Virus record (IMG/VR): IMGVR_UViG_3300021373_000005
DNA: 64,000 nt
Source of the DNA: a virus
Direction: 5' to 3' (one strand)
The position numbers were made by a program, and so were the translations under genes. Shown here one piece after another: positions 18,153 through 26,541 of the stretch (position 1 is the stretch's first letter; each line of letters opens with the position of its first letter). Under the pieces are notes generated by a model. That model did not search any database. It was not told the origin of the DNA and worked only from the letters and a program-made list of their open reading frames with translations.

Positions 18153-18278
18153 TCAGTTTGAGTTTTGCTTTTGTCGAGCTTCGAGCCAGAGCGCCTGTCG
18201 TATCTCGTACATAGGATTATGTTTGAGATGTAAGTATGACATGAATAAGGTAAATGGAATTAAAATTAATAACTCCAT
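18153..18278 (-). CDS. 41-aa micro-ORF
   Basis: MELLILIPFTLFMSYLHLKHNPMYEIRQALWLEARQKQNSN; TAATG coupling to the upstream ORF. Confidence 0.55.
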   Translation of the reverse strand: MELLILIPFTLFMSYLHLKHNPMYEIRQALWLEARQKQNSN

Positions 18279-18370
18279 TACCTACCTGTATGCCACGGTT
18301 GAACCCAATACTTAAAGAACGTTCTTGTCCACCCACGAGTGAAAAATTTACGTATTCCTTTAAATAACAT
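18278..18370 (-). CDS. 30-aa basic/aromatic micro-ORF
   Basis: MLFKGIRKFFTRGWTRTFFKYWVQPWHTGR; AGGAG SD. Confidence 0.55.
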   Translation of the reverse strand: MLFKGIRKFFTRGWTRTFFKYWVQPWHTGR

Positions 18371-18440
18371 TTGGGCTGACTCCTAATATTGAAACACAAA
18401 AAATACTAACGAGAACAAAAAGCTCAAATCGTTCTTGCAT
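18360..18440 (-). CDS. 26-aa hydrophobic micro-ORF
   Basis: MQERFELFVLVSIFCVSILGVSPNVI; follows the EF-hand gene, overlaps the next micro-ORF. Confidence 0.4.
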   Translation of the reverse strand: MQERFELFVLVSIFCVSILGVSPNVI

Positions 18441-18451
18441 TTTTTCTTTCA

Positions 18452-18706
18452 TTATTTTCCTTTAGGACAGTTACTTCTTATAATATACTCAGAAGCTTTT
18501 TTAGCTTCTTTTTTGTCTAAGAAGGAGTCTCTGTTTTTATCAGCGTGTTTAAAAAGAGATTCTTTTACTACACAACCTGACGCTTTTAGCTCAGGTACAC
18601 TGATTAGATTGTCACCATTTAAATCAAATCGTTCCATTCTCCAGTCAGCGTATGCTGGGATTGCGATTAAGCATGCAATCAATGCTGTCATAATTTTGTT
18701 CATCAT
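18452..18706 (-). CDS. Secreted EF-hand protein
   Basis: Signal peptide (AYA cleavage); two EF-hand loops DLNGDNLISVPE and DKNRDSFLDKKE. Confidence 0.8.
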   Translation of the reverse strand: MMNKIMTALIACLIAIPAYADWRMERFDLNGDNLISVPELKASGCVVKESLFKHADKNRDSFLDKKEAKKASEYIIRSNCPKGK

Positions 18707-19000
18707 TGTTCCTAAATATATATAAGCAATCTGTTATTCCAATCGCTTACAATTGTATATATAACCGGAATTGATAATGTATTATAAAAATATGAAATAA
18801 TTGTAATATTTTACAGAAATGTTACATCTTGTAAAAAATTCCTTCTTCCTCAGAGATACACTCATCATAAAACTTTTTAAGAGGTTCATATTGATTACGA
18901 ATCTGAACTGGCATTACACCACCAGAATCTATAACCCACTGAATCTCTCTTGCTAATTTTCTTGCGAGTTGTATTTCTTTTATGATTCTTTCGTCCATAA

Positions 19001-19384
19001 TTATTGCTTAAACGCTGATATTGCTTTAATCTTAAGGTCGTTAGTCAGCGTTATTAAATCTACGACTTTAAGTGTTTCGTGGTTCTCCGCGAAATCATTT
19101 GTTGGGTCAAGACCTTCAGTGATTACTTCAATCGTTAACAATGCACAAACATTATTTCCGTCAATAATAATCTCTTCAGGAATAGCAGTGATCCTCAATA
19201 CAGAATTAAAGATTTGTTCGTTTGCTCTACATACAGGCAATAAACCTTCAGCAGATATATCCCAATCTGTCAAAGTAACATCTTTATCAAACATTTTCTC
19301 TAAGGTATCAATATCCTTATTACTAAATGCGTCAAAGTATTTACGAATTACATCTTCTCTTGTTGCTTGTTCAATAACACTCAT
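19001..19384 (-). CDS. SnoaL-like / NTF2-fold protein
   Basis: VIRKYFDAFSNKDIDTLEKMFDKDVTL...IIIDGNNV...VVDLITL...KIKAI; ATGA coupling at 19384. Confidence 0.8.
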   Translation of the reverse strand: MSVIEQATREDVIRKYFDAFSNKDIDTLEKMFDKDVTLTDWDISAEGLLPVCRANEQIFNSVLRITAIPEEIIIDGNNVCALLTIEVITEGLDPTNDFAENHETLKVVDLITLTNDLKIKAISAFKQ

Positions 19385-19695
19385 TTTAAGTCTCTCCAAT
19401 CTTTCAACCATTTAGAACCATCACGTTCAGCATCTAAAAATACTGCATTCGTAAATGCAATAGGTAATAGAACACCAATATGAACAACGATACTTGTTAT
19501 AGTAGAATAACCTAACCATCCCATATAGTAAGATGCAACAAATCCAAAGTACACCGACCACATAGTAAACAATACCAACATAAAGTAGGTTTGTAAACTT
19601 GGATCTGGAATAAACCTCAAAGGATTATACTTGGCATTCATTACAAGCCTCCAACTATCCACAACAAATAAAATTACTTTCTTCAACATATTCAT
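19381..19695 (-). CDS. Membrane protein
   Basis: YNPLRFIPDP followed by two TM helices. Confidence 0.75.
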   Translation of the reverse strand: MNMLKKVILFVVDSWRLVMNAKYNPLRFIPDPSLQTYFMLVLFTMWSVYFGFVASYYMGWLGYSTITSIVVHIGVLLPIAFTNAVFLDAERDGSKWLKDWRDLK

Positions 19696-20012
19696 GCTAC
19701 ACTCCTTACATGTTTACAATCACCACGGAACTGAAATCCTTTACAGTTACATTTTCCGTCGATAATATAATAAGTATTCCCATTACTTCCTGGAACAGGA
19801 ATACCTCCGAGATTATTCTTTTCTTGATAATCTCCAACCTTTACAAACTTACGTCTTGACTTTGAAAACTGCTTAAGTGGATTTTTAAATACTTTAAGTT
19901 TACCACCTGCAGCTTGATGAGCAATTAAATGCCCAGCTTGATTTACATGATAGAAACCATTATTGATTTTCATATCATTCCAATCAGTGACTTCTTTCAA
20001 AATCTCAATCAT
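19692..20012 (-). CDS. SWIM zinc-finger protein
   Basis: YYII...CNCKGFQFRGDCKHV (C-x-C...C-K-H). Confidence 0.8.
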   Translation of the reverse strand: MIEILKEVTDWNDMKINNGFYHVNQAGHLIAHQAAGGKLKVFKNPLKQFSKSRRKFVKVGDYQEKNNLGGIPVPGSNGNTYYIIDGKCNCKGFQFRGDCKHVRSVA

Positions 20013-20220
20013 TCATAAACTCCTCAATAAGATCTCCGCCTGCTGTATTGAACCACACTGCACCTTTATGAATATAATCTATTGCATAATAGAGTGGTGT
20101 CCAAATAAGAGCCAAAGGAACGACTAATAACAATTTACTAACTCGTTTCCAATTCACTGACTTAATACTACTTACAACAGCGTCAGCTGCGGTAGTATAA
20201 TAATCAATAAGAGGTTTCAT
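20005..20220 (-). CDS. Hypothetical membrane protein
   Basis: Single hydrophobic helix; coupled ORF run. Confidence 0.6.
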   Translation of the reverse strand: MKPLIDYYTTAADAVVSSIKSVNWKRVSKLLLVVPLALIWTPLYYAIDYIHKGAVWFNTAGGDLIEEFMND

Positions 20221-20435
20221 GTATTATCTCCGTCAAAATATTTTACTTTACTCTTATCAAACACTTTATGATAAGTTTTATTTAAAAGACCACCTTTTTC
20301 CCAAAGTAAAGGGATATGTTTCTTTGCGTCCTTCTCAACAGACATGTGACATCCGATATAAGTAAGAACTAGTGCAACTAAAAGTAATGCACCTGCGAAT
20401 ATTTGATTTAATATATCTTCCATTATTTTACCCAA
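20217..20435 (-). CDS. Hypothetical membrane protein
   Basis: Single hydrophobic helix; coupled ORF run. Confidence 0.6.
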   Translation of the reverse strand: MGKIMEDILNQIFAGALLLVALVLTYIGCHMSVEKDAKKHIPLLWEKGGLLNKTYHKVFDKSKVKYFDGDNT

Positions 20436-20623
20436 ACCTTATTATACTTAGTAGGCATATTCTCACAAGAGAACAATTCTTCAGTATAATTTATTACTTT
20501 AACACACTCGTTAGTCGAATGTGATACATGTACATCAGGAATATCTGTATGTACTAAGATAGCAAACACAAAAACGCATGATATGATTGCCATTGAAATA
20601 GCAGTGTATAGAATATCTTTCAT
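20423..20623 (-). CDS. Hypothetical membrane-anchored protein
   Basis: TM helix plus two Cys; coupled ORF run. Confidence 0.6.
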   Translation of the reverse strand: MKDILYTAISMAIISCVFVFAILVHTDIPDVHVSHSTNECVKVINYTEELFSCENMPTKYNKVWVK

Positions 20624-21126
20624 TACGCTGCCTCCAAAAATGATTGAAGTTGTTCAGAGGAAAGCAGAGCACCATCCTCCATCTTAAACTGACAGAAGTA
20701 ATCTTCTCTCTCACATCTAGGCAAGGCAGTCCAGGTCTCAACCTTTTCGGCAATTTCAGACCTCATGTAGCCATACTCCGGGTCGTTCTTATAGACCCTC
20801 TTTGCGAAAGCAAGATCACCACTAGGCCTCATATTGAGGTAAGTAGGAGTCTCCCAAGGCTGAATGTGATCCTCGAGTTTGAAGTCAGCTTCATCAACGA
20901 CTTCCATATCAAGAATGTATTCCATAGAAGCATCGTTGCTATAAGTGACCATCGCCTCAAGCTTATCCCAGAAAGTTGAAAGCTGAGCCTGGTCAGCGGT
21001 AACATCATTAACGATGTAGGTGTCACCACCCTTGAACTTCCAATAGGCATCAGCGCCTGTGCCGAGGGTACCATCCTCGTTCCAAGCGTAGTTTTCTTTG
21101 TATTGAGTTTGAATAACGATTTTCAT
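20623..21126 (-). CDS. Hypothetical early protein
   Basis: KIVIQTQYKENY...YWKFKGGDTYIV; start set at second ATG because the upstream 18 nt belong to the duplicated leader. Confidence 0.75.
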   Translation of the reverse strand: MKIVIQTQYKENYAWNEDGTLGTGADAYWKFKGGDTYIVNDVTADQAQLSTFWDKLEAMVTYSNDASMEYILDMEVVDEADFKLEDHIQPWETPTYLNMRPSGDLAFAKRVYKNDPEYGYMRSEIAEKVETWTALPRCEREDYFCQFKMEDGALLSSEQLQSFLEAA

Positions 21127-21163
21127 ATTTTCCACCTTTTCCATAATTTATACAACTATTATA
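21122..21163. repeat. 42-bp exact repeat (promoter -10 + leader + start codon), copy 1
   Basis: Identical to 23274-23315. Confidence 0.9.
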
Positions 21164-21186
21164 ATACATTCATAATGAAATGTCAA
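21158..21186 (-). promoter_or_regulatory. Sigma70-like early promoter
   Basis: TTGACA-17-TATAAT. Confidence 0.85.
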
Positions 21187-21308
21187 TAGTTTTTATGAAA
21201 ATAAACTAACTTTCTTCATCCTGTTCTTTATCTCTAATCTTTTCAACGATTTGAATAAGATCTTGGATTTCTTCCGCATCCCTTTGCGTATCAAGTTCAA
21301 TTTCTATC

Positions 21309-21671
21309 TTAATTTTCATAGCTTCTTCCTTGCTTCCACATAGCGTCAGTTAGGTACCTATGAATATAGACATCAACTGCACCAGCATTTTCCATTCCAC
21401 CAATTACATCACCGAAAGAAGTATAACCTACTTTTCTTCCAGTCCTTGCATTAGTAATTTTATTAATTGGCTTTCTTGCTTTCAGAGTAGTTCTGAATCT
21501 GATATCTCTACCTCTTTGGTCCTTTGCTTTGTAATACTTTAGTTCAGCATTCATGCTTTTCACAACATCTTTAATTGCATCAACCTCAAGCATATCACCA
21601 GCACATTGCGTACTGAATGTTCCTACATAAGCAGGAGTTCTTGGTTTTCCGTTAGCATCAAATTTTATCAT
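21309..21671 (-). CDS. Hypothetical early protein
   Basis: 120 aa, AAGGA SD, own promoter. Confidence 0.75.
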   Translation of the reverse strand: MIKFDANGKPRTPAYVGTFSTQCAGDMLEVDAIKDVVKSMNAELKYYKAKDQRGRDIRFRTTLKARKPINKITNARTGRKVGYTSFGDVIGGMENAGAVDVYIHRYLTDAMWKQGRSYEN

Positions 21672-21699
21672 AATATATCCTTATTTAATTTATACAACT

Positions 21700-21728
21700 A
21701 TTATACCATAGTTTCATTATGATGTCAA
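21700..21728 (-). promoter_or_regulatory. Sigma70-like early promoter
   Basis: TTGACA-17-TATAAT. Confidence 0.85.
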
Positions 21729-21767
21729 TAGTTGTATAAGATTAAATTCCATGAAAATGGAAGCCGC

Positions 21768-22724
21768 TTACGCAGCCTCCGCCATTTCAACTGCGATGTT
21801 GAGAGCATCAAGCTTTCTTTTCGCGTTATGTCCAAACCAAGCAGCCTCAGCTCTTGTATCAGCAGACCTTCCCATTTCATGGTCAGTCATATATGTTACT
21901 GCGTTATAAGCATTCCACCATGTTCCTGGTGCAAACTCAGCTCCTGGTTGAGTATCAACAATTTCCAAAGCTCTTTCAGCAGTTCTTGATAGAACCTTGT
22001 CCTTCTGATTTGAAGTACCAAATACTTGAGCAAGGAATGTCTTGAATGCAGAATCATTATACCTTTTAGAACCAAGGAACTCTGCAGCTTCTTTGAACTG
22101 TTCTACTCTGTTATGAGAAATACCAAGTAACTGCTTAACAGTATCAGCATTGAACTCAGACCTGTGAGACATTCTTACAGCAGGTTGACCTTTTTCAGTC
22201 AAAGCCATAGACAATGTGTTATTACACACAACTCTTGTCATAATAAACTTAACGTCAATAGATTTTCCATATACATGAGGATTAGAGAATAAAAGATAAC
22301 CTTTTACTTCATCACCATTAAATAAGGAAAAACCATCTTTGACATCAGCGGCTGCGAATACCATTTGACCATCTTTCAATGACCCTGCAGTATCCATGAC
22401 CATGTCACCGTTAGCAACGAATTCATTAAAGAACTCAAATGCTTCCAAGTTTTGACAAGGTTTCCAGTTACCTGAAACATTCGTCAAGATTTTTCCATCA
22501 GTATCACGAACTAACGCTTCCTGACCTGTCTCAATCTTTTCACCGTTAAGTTCAATGAAAGATTTTTGCTTTGAAACTGTCCAATCAAGATTAGCAGCTT
22601 TCATCATTTCTATCGGAGTCATATCATCCGATACCGGAACACCTAGACCGTGCCAAGGGATTCCTTTACTTTCACGATAAGCCATTGCGGCTTGACCGTT
22701 TACCATTTCTAATTCATGTGCCAT
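21768..22724 (-). CDS. DUF932/DUF945-family phage/plasmid protein
   Basis: MAHEL...MAY...PWHGLG, ETAG-like DTAGSLKDG, GYLLFSNPH, RVVCNNTL, GTWWNAYNAVTYMTDH. Confidence 0.85.
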   Translation of the reverse strand: MAHELEMVNGQAAMAYRESKGIPWHGLGVPVSDDMTPIEMMKAANLDWTVSKQKSFIELNGEKIETGQEALVRDTDGKILTNVSGNWKPCQNLEAFEFFNEFVANGDMVMDTAGSLKDGQMVFAAADVKDGFSLFNGDEVKGYLLFSNPHVYGKSIDVKFIMTRVVCNNTLSMALTEKGQPAVRMSHRSEFNADTVKQLLGISHNRVEQFKEAAEFLGSKRYNDSAFKTFLAQVFGTSNQKDKVLSRTAERALEIVDTQPGAEFAPGTWWNAYNAVTYMTDHEMGRSADTRAEAAWFGHNAKRKLDALNIAVEMAEAA

Positions 22725-22746
22725 AGTTATACTCCTTTTCCATTCA

Positions 22747-22905
22747 TTAGTTATTAAAATTCTCAGTCCAAGCTTTGAAGATCTCGTAAGATTCTCCTTT
22801 GCTTAAACCAAACTCATCCTGAAGCACCTTAGGAGCGCCGAACATATTAATAGTTCCTGACTCCCTCAGAGCATCCAAAAATTCAAAATATTCATTAAGC
22901 GACAT
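22747..22905 (-). CDS. 52-aa hypothetical protein
   Basis: Manually read MSLNEYFEFLDALRESGTINMFGAPKVLQDEFGLSKGESYEIFKAWTENFNN. Confidence 0.65.
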   Translation of the reverse strand: MSLNEYFEFLDALRESGTINMFGAPKVLQDEFGLSKGESYEIFKAWTENFNN

Positions 22906-23278
22906 CAGAAAGAACTCCTGTAATTCCTAGTAACTTGAAACCCCAATCACAAACAATGTAATGATCTCCTGTGTCCTTCTCTACGATGATATCACCGACT
23001 GAAGTACTGTGACCAGGTTGGATTGTGAACACTGCATCAGGTTCGTCCCATAGGTTAGTGATTTTAAATACGTGATCCAAGCTTTGCGCTTGAACTTCAA
23101 AGCAGTCTTTGTAGAAGGGAAGACTGTTTATGTCGAAAGTATCTTCTTCACTGAAGTGCATAGTTTCGAGCTTTGCTTTCCAAGCTGGTGATTTCTCCTC
23201 AGCTCCACCCCAACCATAAAGGTTTGGGTATTCTTTTTCAGATTCTGGGATCTGAATTTGTTTAACGATATAATTCAT
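22895..23278 (-). CDS. YodL-like domain protein
   Basis: SLDHVFKITN...HSTSVGDIIV...YIVCDWGFK. Confidence 0.55.
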   Translation of the reverse strand: MNYIVKQIQIPESEKEYPNLYGWGGAEEKSPAWKAKLETMHFSEEDTFDINSLPFYKDCFEVQAQSLDHVFKITNLWDEPDAVFTIQPGHSTSVGDIIVEKDTGDHYIVCDWGFKLLGITGVLSDVA

Positions 23279-23315
23279 ATTTTCCACCTTTTCCATAATT
23301 TATACAACTATTATA
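23274..23315. repeat. 42-bp exact repeat, copy 2
   Basis: Identical to 21122-21163. Confidence 0.9.
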
Positions 23316-23338
23316 CTCTATCTCATAACGAATGTCAA
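23310..23338 (-). promoter_or_regulatory. Sigma70-like early promoter
   Basis: TTGACA-17-TATAAT; spacer differs by 1 nt from that at 6138-6154. Confidence 0.85.
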
Positions 23339-23343
23339 TAGTT

Positions 23344-23673
23344 TTAAGCAACTTTTTTCACAAAATTTGCATTTTTGTTATACCTACCTCTACCAGAGTA
23401 TCCAACAAGGTTAACTGCTTCTCTAGGAGATAGTTCGTTTGAAACTTTAAGGTATTCCTCAACAGTATAGTTATCAACTAGACAATTAATCCATGACTTG
23501 TAAGGAAAAGATCCATATTTGTTTCTTGCGATAAAAGCAGGCTTTACTTTACCTACCCAAGAAGGGTGACAGTCAGGATGGACTTCATCCATTGTTTTAG
23601 AACCGACATAATCGCCTCTATACATTAAATACATACCATCCCAGGTAAATTGGTTCTTGTCAAATTTAGTCAT
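23344..23673 (-). CDS. Hypothetical early protein
   Basis: MTKFDK start with AAGGA SD downstream of promoter 23706-23734. Confidence 0.7.
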   Translation of the reverse strand: MTKFDKNQFTWDGMYLMYRGDYVGSKTMDEVHPDCHPSWVGKVKPAFIARNKYGSFPYKSWINCLVDNYTVEEYLKVSNELSPREAVNLVGYSGRGRYNKNANFVKKVA

Positions 23674-23705
23674 AATTTCCTTTCCTTTTTTCATTTTATA
23701 CAACT

Positions 23706-23734
23706 ATTATACACCATCTCATAAAGAATGTCAA
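23706..23734 (-). promoter_or_regulatory. Sigma70-like early promoter
   Basis: TTGACA-17-TATAAT. Confidence 0.85.
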
Positions 23735-23805
23735 TAGTTTTTATGAGAAAAAATGAATTATTTTGGAATATGGATAGAACTAAAAGGAATAAGGAGATCC
23801 AGTCG

Positions 23806-24336
23806 TTATTTAACTGGATCCCAGGATTCGTCAAGCATTGATTGCGCTTGACCTTTAAGGATTGGGTCTGCCTTCGTTAAAACATCCATCATATATTGTT
23901 TTTCATACTTATATGCTTTATGGAAGAACTTTTGGTCATGTGGGATAATAGTTTGACTGTTGTGAATTAAGTCGGCAACTTTTATCGTTTGACTTTCAGC
24001 AGGTCCTAGAGCAAAATGGTCTGCATCCATTTTCTTGCGGAACGCACGGTTCCCATCTTCCTTTTCGGAAACGTTTGTGCAATAGTGAACATATTCTGCT
24101 ACTGTGGTACCAAATGTATCTTTGATTTCTCTAAATGTAACAGGAGTATCTTCAACTACGTCGTGAAGTAAAGCAGCAGCAATCATCTCAGGAGTATGTT
24201 CTACTGTCTCTACTATTTTTGAAACGCCAATAGGATGTATGGAGTAAGGTTCTCCTGTATACTTCCGTCTTTGACCATCGTGTGCACGAATGGCCAACAT
24301 TAACGCTTCTTGAATTAATTTTGTATCTTTAATCAT
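23806..24336 (-). CDS. HD-domain hydrolase, RelA/SpoT hydrolase-like (small alarmone hydrolase)
   Basis: AIRAHDGQRRKYTGEPYSIHP, AALLHDVVEDT, IKVADLIHN. Confidence 0.85.
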   Translation of the reverse strand: MIKDTKLIQEALMLAIRAHDGQRRKYTGEPYSIHPIGVSKIVETVEHTPEMIAAALLHDVVEDTPVTFREIKDTFGTTVAEYVHYCTNVSEKEDGNRAFRKKMDADHFALGPAESQTIKVADLIHNSQTIIPHDQKFFHKAYKYEKQYMMDVLTKADPILKGQAQSMLDESWDPVK

Positions 24337-24345
24337 AATTCAGCT

Positions 24346-24374
24346 ATTTTAATCTATTTTCTTTATGATGTCAA
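24346..24374 (-). promoter_or_regulatory. Sigma70-like early promoter (near-leaderless)
   Basis: TTGACA-17-TAAAAT; ATG 9 nt after the -10 hexamer. Confidence 0.7.
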
Positions 24375-24387
24375 TAGTTATTTATTA

Positions 24388-24735
24388 TTAATGTAATACT
24401 TGACTACCTTCTGCCACTAATCCATCAATCATATCAAATGTTTCTTCTCCATGTCCTGACTTGATTATGTCAACAACAGTAGGAAATTCTGACTCTGTTT
24501 CAACTTCAAGTGTTGAAAGCTGTCTTTGCTTTCTTGGAGGAAACATATCAGTTATATAATGATGAGCTGCACGTTCAGTTTTAAATGAGCAACATGTAGT
24601 TAAGCCAAAAGGATTGTTCGCAGCAAAGCATGCATATATTCTACCATCCTCTTCCATACCTAAGTCATATCCGTTATATGTCCCTAAGAAAACTCCCATG
24701 TTAATATCAGAGATTATGTACCTTTTCTTTTTCAT
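24388..24735 (-). CDS. Hypothetical protein
   Basis: 115 aa, overlaps the upstream nuclease gene. Confidence 0.65.
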   Translation of the reverse strand: MKKKRYIISDINMGVFLGTYNGYDLGMEEDGRIYACFAANNPFGLTTCCSFKTERAAHHYITDMFPPRKQRQLSTLEVETESEFPTVVDIIKSGHGEETFDMIDGLVAEGSQVLH

Positions 24736-25399
24736 ATAATTCTTTATATGTTTCCCTTACAGCTTTAAAGTGGTCAATGTAATCAGTCGTATTAAATTCG
24801 AAGATTTGTGGATCTTCATTATCAACACCAATAAAGACAACACCTTTTTTAATTTGAGTACCTGTCATTTCCTCAAATGCTTTTGCATAAAATGCAACTT
24901 GCATATAATAATTGAGAATCCATTCTTCTTTCTTAAGTTTTCTTGATGTCTTAAAATCAATGACAGCAAGTTCACCTTCCCATTCTCCGATACAATCTAC
25001 TTGCCCAGCAGTTTGTAATTCGTTAGAATATAAGAAACATTCTTGGTACCATATATTATTTATCTTATCATCAAGAACTGGTTTCATCTTATTAAACATA
25101 TCAATGTTCGCAGGCATATGTTTCTTTTTATAATCTGGATCGTTATCCAAATAATCTTCACATAGTTTGTGTACTGCAGTTCCACGACGTGCGGCTTGAG
25201 AAGAGATACGATTTGCTTCTTCTTCTCCGACTCGTTTACGCCATGCCATTAGAGATTCTTTTCCAAGAATACCTAATACTGTTGTGACTGAAGGATAACC
25301 TTCACCCGATGGAGTTTGGTAAATACGTTTACCGTCTACATTTGCTCGTGTAAGTTTTTCGAGGACTGGTGCCTCTGAATTGTGTTCAAATAATTTCAT
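24707..25399 (-). CDS. PD-(D/E)XK (Cas4/RecB-like) exonuclease
   Basis: YPSVTTVL, RGTAVHKLCE, AGQVDCIG...VIDFKTS, YYMQVAFYA. Confidence 0.88.
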   Translation of the reverse strand: MKLFEHNSEAPVLEKLTRANVDGKRIYQTPSGEGYPSVTTVLGILGKESLMAWRKRVGEEEANRISSQAARRGTAVHKLCEDYLDNDPDYKKKHMPANIDMFNKMKPVLDDKINNIWYQECFLYSNELQTAGQVDCIGEWEGELAVIDFKTSRKLKKEEWILNYYMQVAFYAKAFEEMTGTQIKKGVVFIGVDNEDPQIFEFNTTDYIDHFKAVRETYKELYEKEKVHNL

Positions 25400-25415
25400 A
25401 ATATAATCCTATGAA

Positions 25416-25444
25416 AGGTTGGGGATCCGAAGATCCCCTTCCTA
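25416..25444 (-). other. cUUCGg hairpin without U-tract between phoH and exonuclease
   Basis: GG-AA-GGGGATC-TTCG-GATCCCC-AA-CC. Confidence 0.7.
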
Positions 25445-25449
25445 GTTTG

Positions 25450-26211
25450 TTAGGCAGTCATTGCTAAAGGCGGCCTATATGATTGTTTCTCCTTTGCTAT
25501 AATATATTCTTTTACTAAACCACTTCTTACGATATCTTCAATTCCAAATTGAACTATCTTAAAGGAATGGTCCATCCTTTTTAATACATTAATAAAGTCG
25601 GTAAGACCGGATGTATCATTCCGATTCCTACTCCCAGCAAGATCATCTTGCGCTGTGTCACCACAGAATATGATTCTCGATGTTTCACCTACACGAGTAA
25701 TAATACTATCTAACTCGTGATATGTCATACTTTGACATTCATCTACAATAATAATAGAATTATCAAATGTAAGTCCGCGAACGAACGATGATGTCATAAA
25801 TTTGACGGAATGCTTTTGTTTTAGTATCTCCCAAGCATCTCCTCTGCCAAATAAGTTATTTACAATATCAGCATAAGGTACTGAATAGACGGCTTCTTTT
25901 TGAGCCTGGGTACCTGGCATAAAGCCTTGTTCCCGTGTCTGAACCGCTGAACGGACAATTATAACTTGGTCATAATTATCATCATTTAAAATGTCACTTA
26001 AACCAAGATATAATCCACACATTGTTTTTCCTGTGCCTGCTGTTCCGATAGCAGCGATATTATATCCAGCATTATAGCTGTCGAACATATCCTCTTGAGT
26101 CGTGGTCATTGGGGAAATATTTCTCATTGAGAATTTTGTATCCAAAGTTCCTTTTTGTTTCCTTTTCAATAACCTTTTCTCTTTTGGTGATAAACGACGC
26201 TGTCTTGACAT
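25450..26211 (-). CDS. phoH: PhoH-like ATPase
   Basis: GTAGTGKT P-loop, IIVRSAV, GFMPG, FVRGLTFDNSIIIVDECQ, IIFCGDTAQDD, DIVRSGLVKEYI. Confidence 0.95.
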   Translation of the reverse strand: MSRQRRLSPKEKRLLKRKQKGTLDTKFSMRNISPMTTTQEDMFDSYNAGYNIAAIGTAGTGKTMCGLYLGLSDILNDDNYDQVIIVRSAVQTREQGFMPGTQAQKEAVYSVPYADIVNNLFGRGDAWEILKQKHSVKFMTSSFVRGLTFDNSIIIVDECQSMTYHELDSIITRVGETSRIIFCGDTAQDDLAGSRNRNDTSGLTDFINVLKRMDHSFKIVQFGIEDIVRSGLVKEYIIAKEKQSYRPPLAMTA

Positions 26212-26258
26212 AATTAATCTCCTGTTTGCATCAACTATGGAGATAACAAAAATCTCAA

Positions 26259-26504
26259 TTATTTCCAGTCGTTGATTTTGTTTCCTGTGTATGATTTGTT
26301 TTCCTTCATAGACGAAAGTAAATCACGAAAACCTTGGTCAGGTTTCATTCGACCAAGGCGCGCAGCATCAATCACGGAGTTGCCGCTAGAAATTATTGTT
26401 TTAAGATGGGGGTTTTCTTTGAGGTAATCTTCGCGAGCTGAGATCTTCATGAACTTCTCGAATTGCTCGCCTGTGTTTGTATCTTCAAATGTATACGTAG
26501 GCAT
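26259..26504 (-). CDS. FmdB-like small protein lacking the Cys knuckles
   Basis: MPTYTFEDTNTGEQFEKFM; common T4-like neighbour of phoH. Confidence 0.65.
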   Translation of the reverse strand: MPTYTFEDTNTGEQFEKFMKISAREDYLKENPHLKTIISSGNSVIDAARLGRMKPDQGFRDLLSSMKENKSYTGNKINDWK

Positions 26505-26533
26505 TTAGTATCCAATCCTATATTGCATATTTT

Positions 26534-26541
26534 TATTTATA
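26534..26541 (-). promoter_or_regulatory. T4-type late promoter TATAAATA
   Basis: Exact motif upstream of 26504. Confidence 0.65.

Noticed and set aside
24707-25399. Cas4 as evidence of a CRISPR-Cas system
   Set aside because: Solo PD-(D/E)XK exonuclease common in T4-like phages; no Fe-S Cys set or other cas genes
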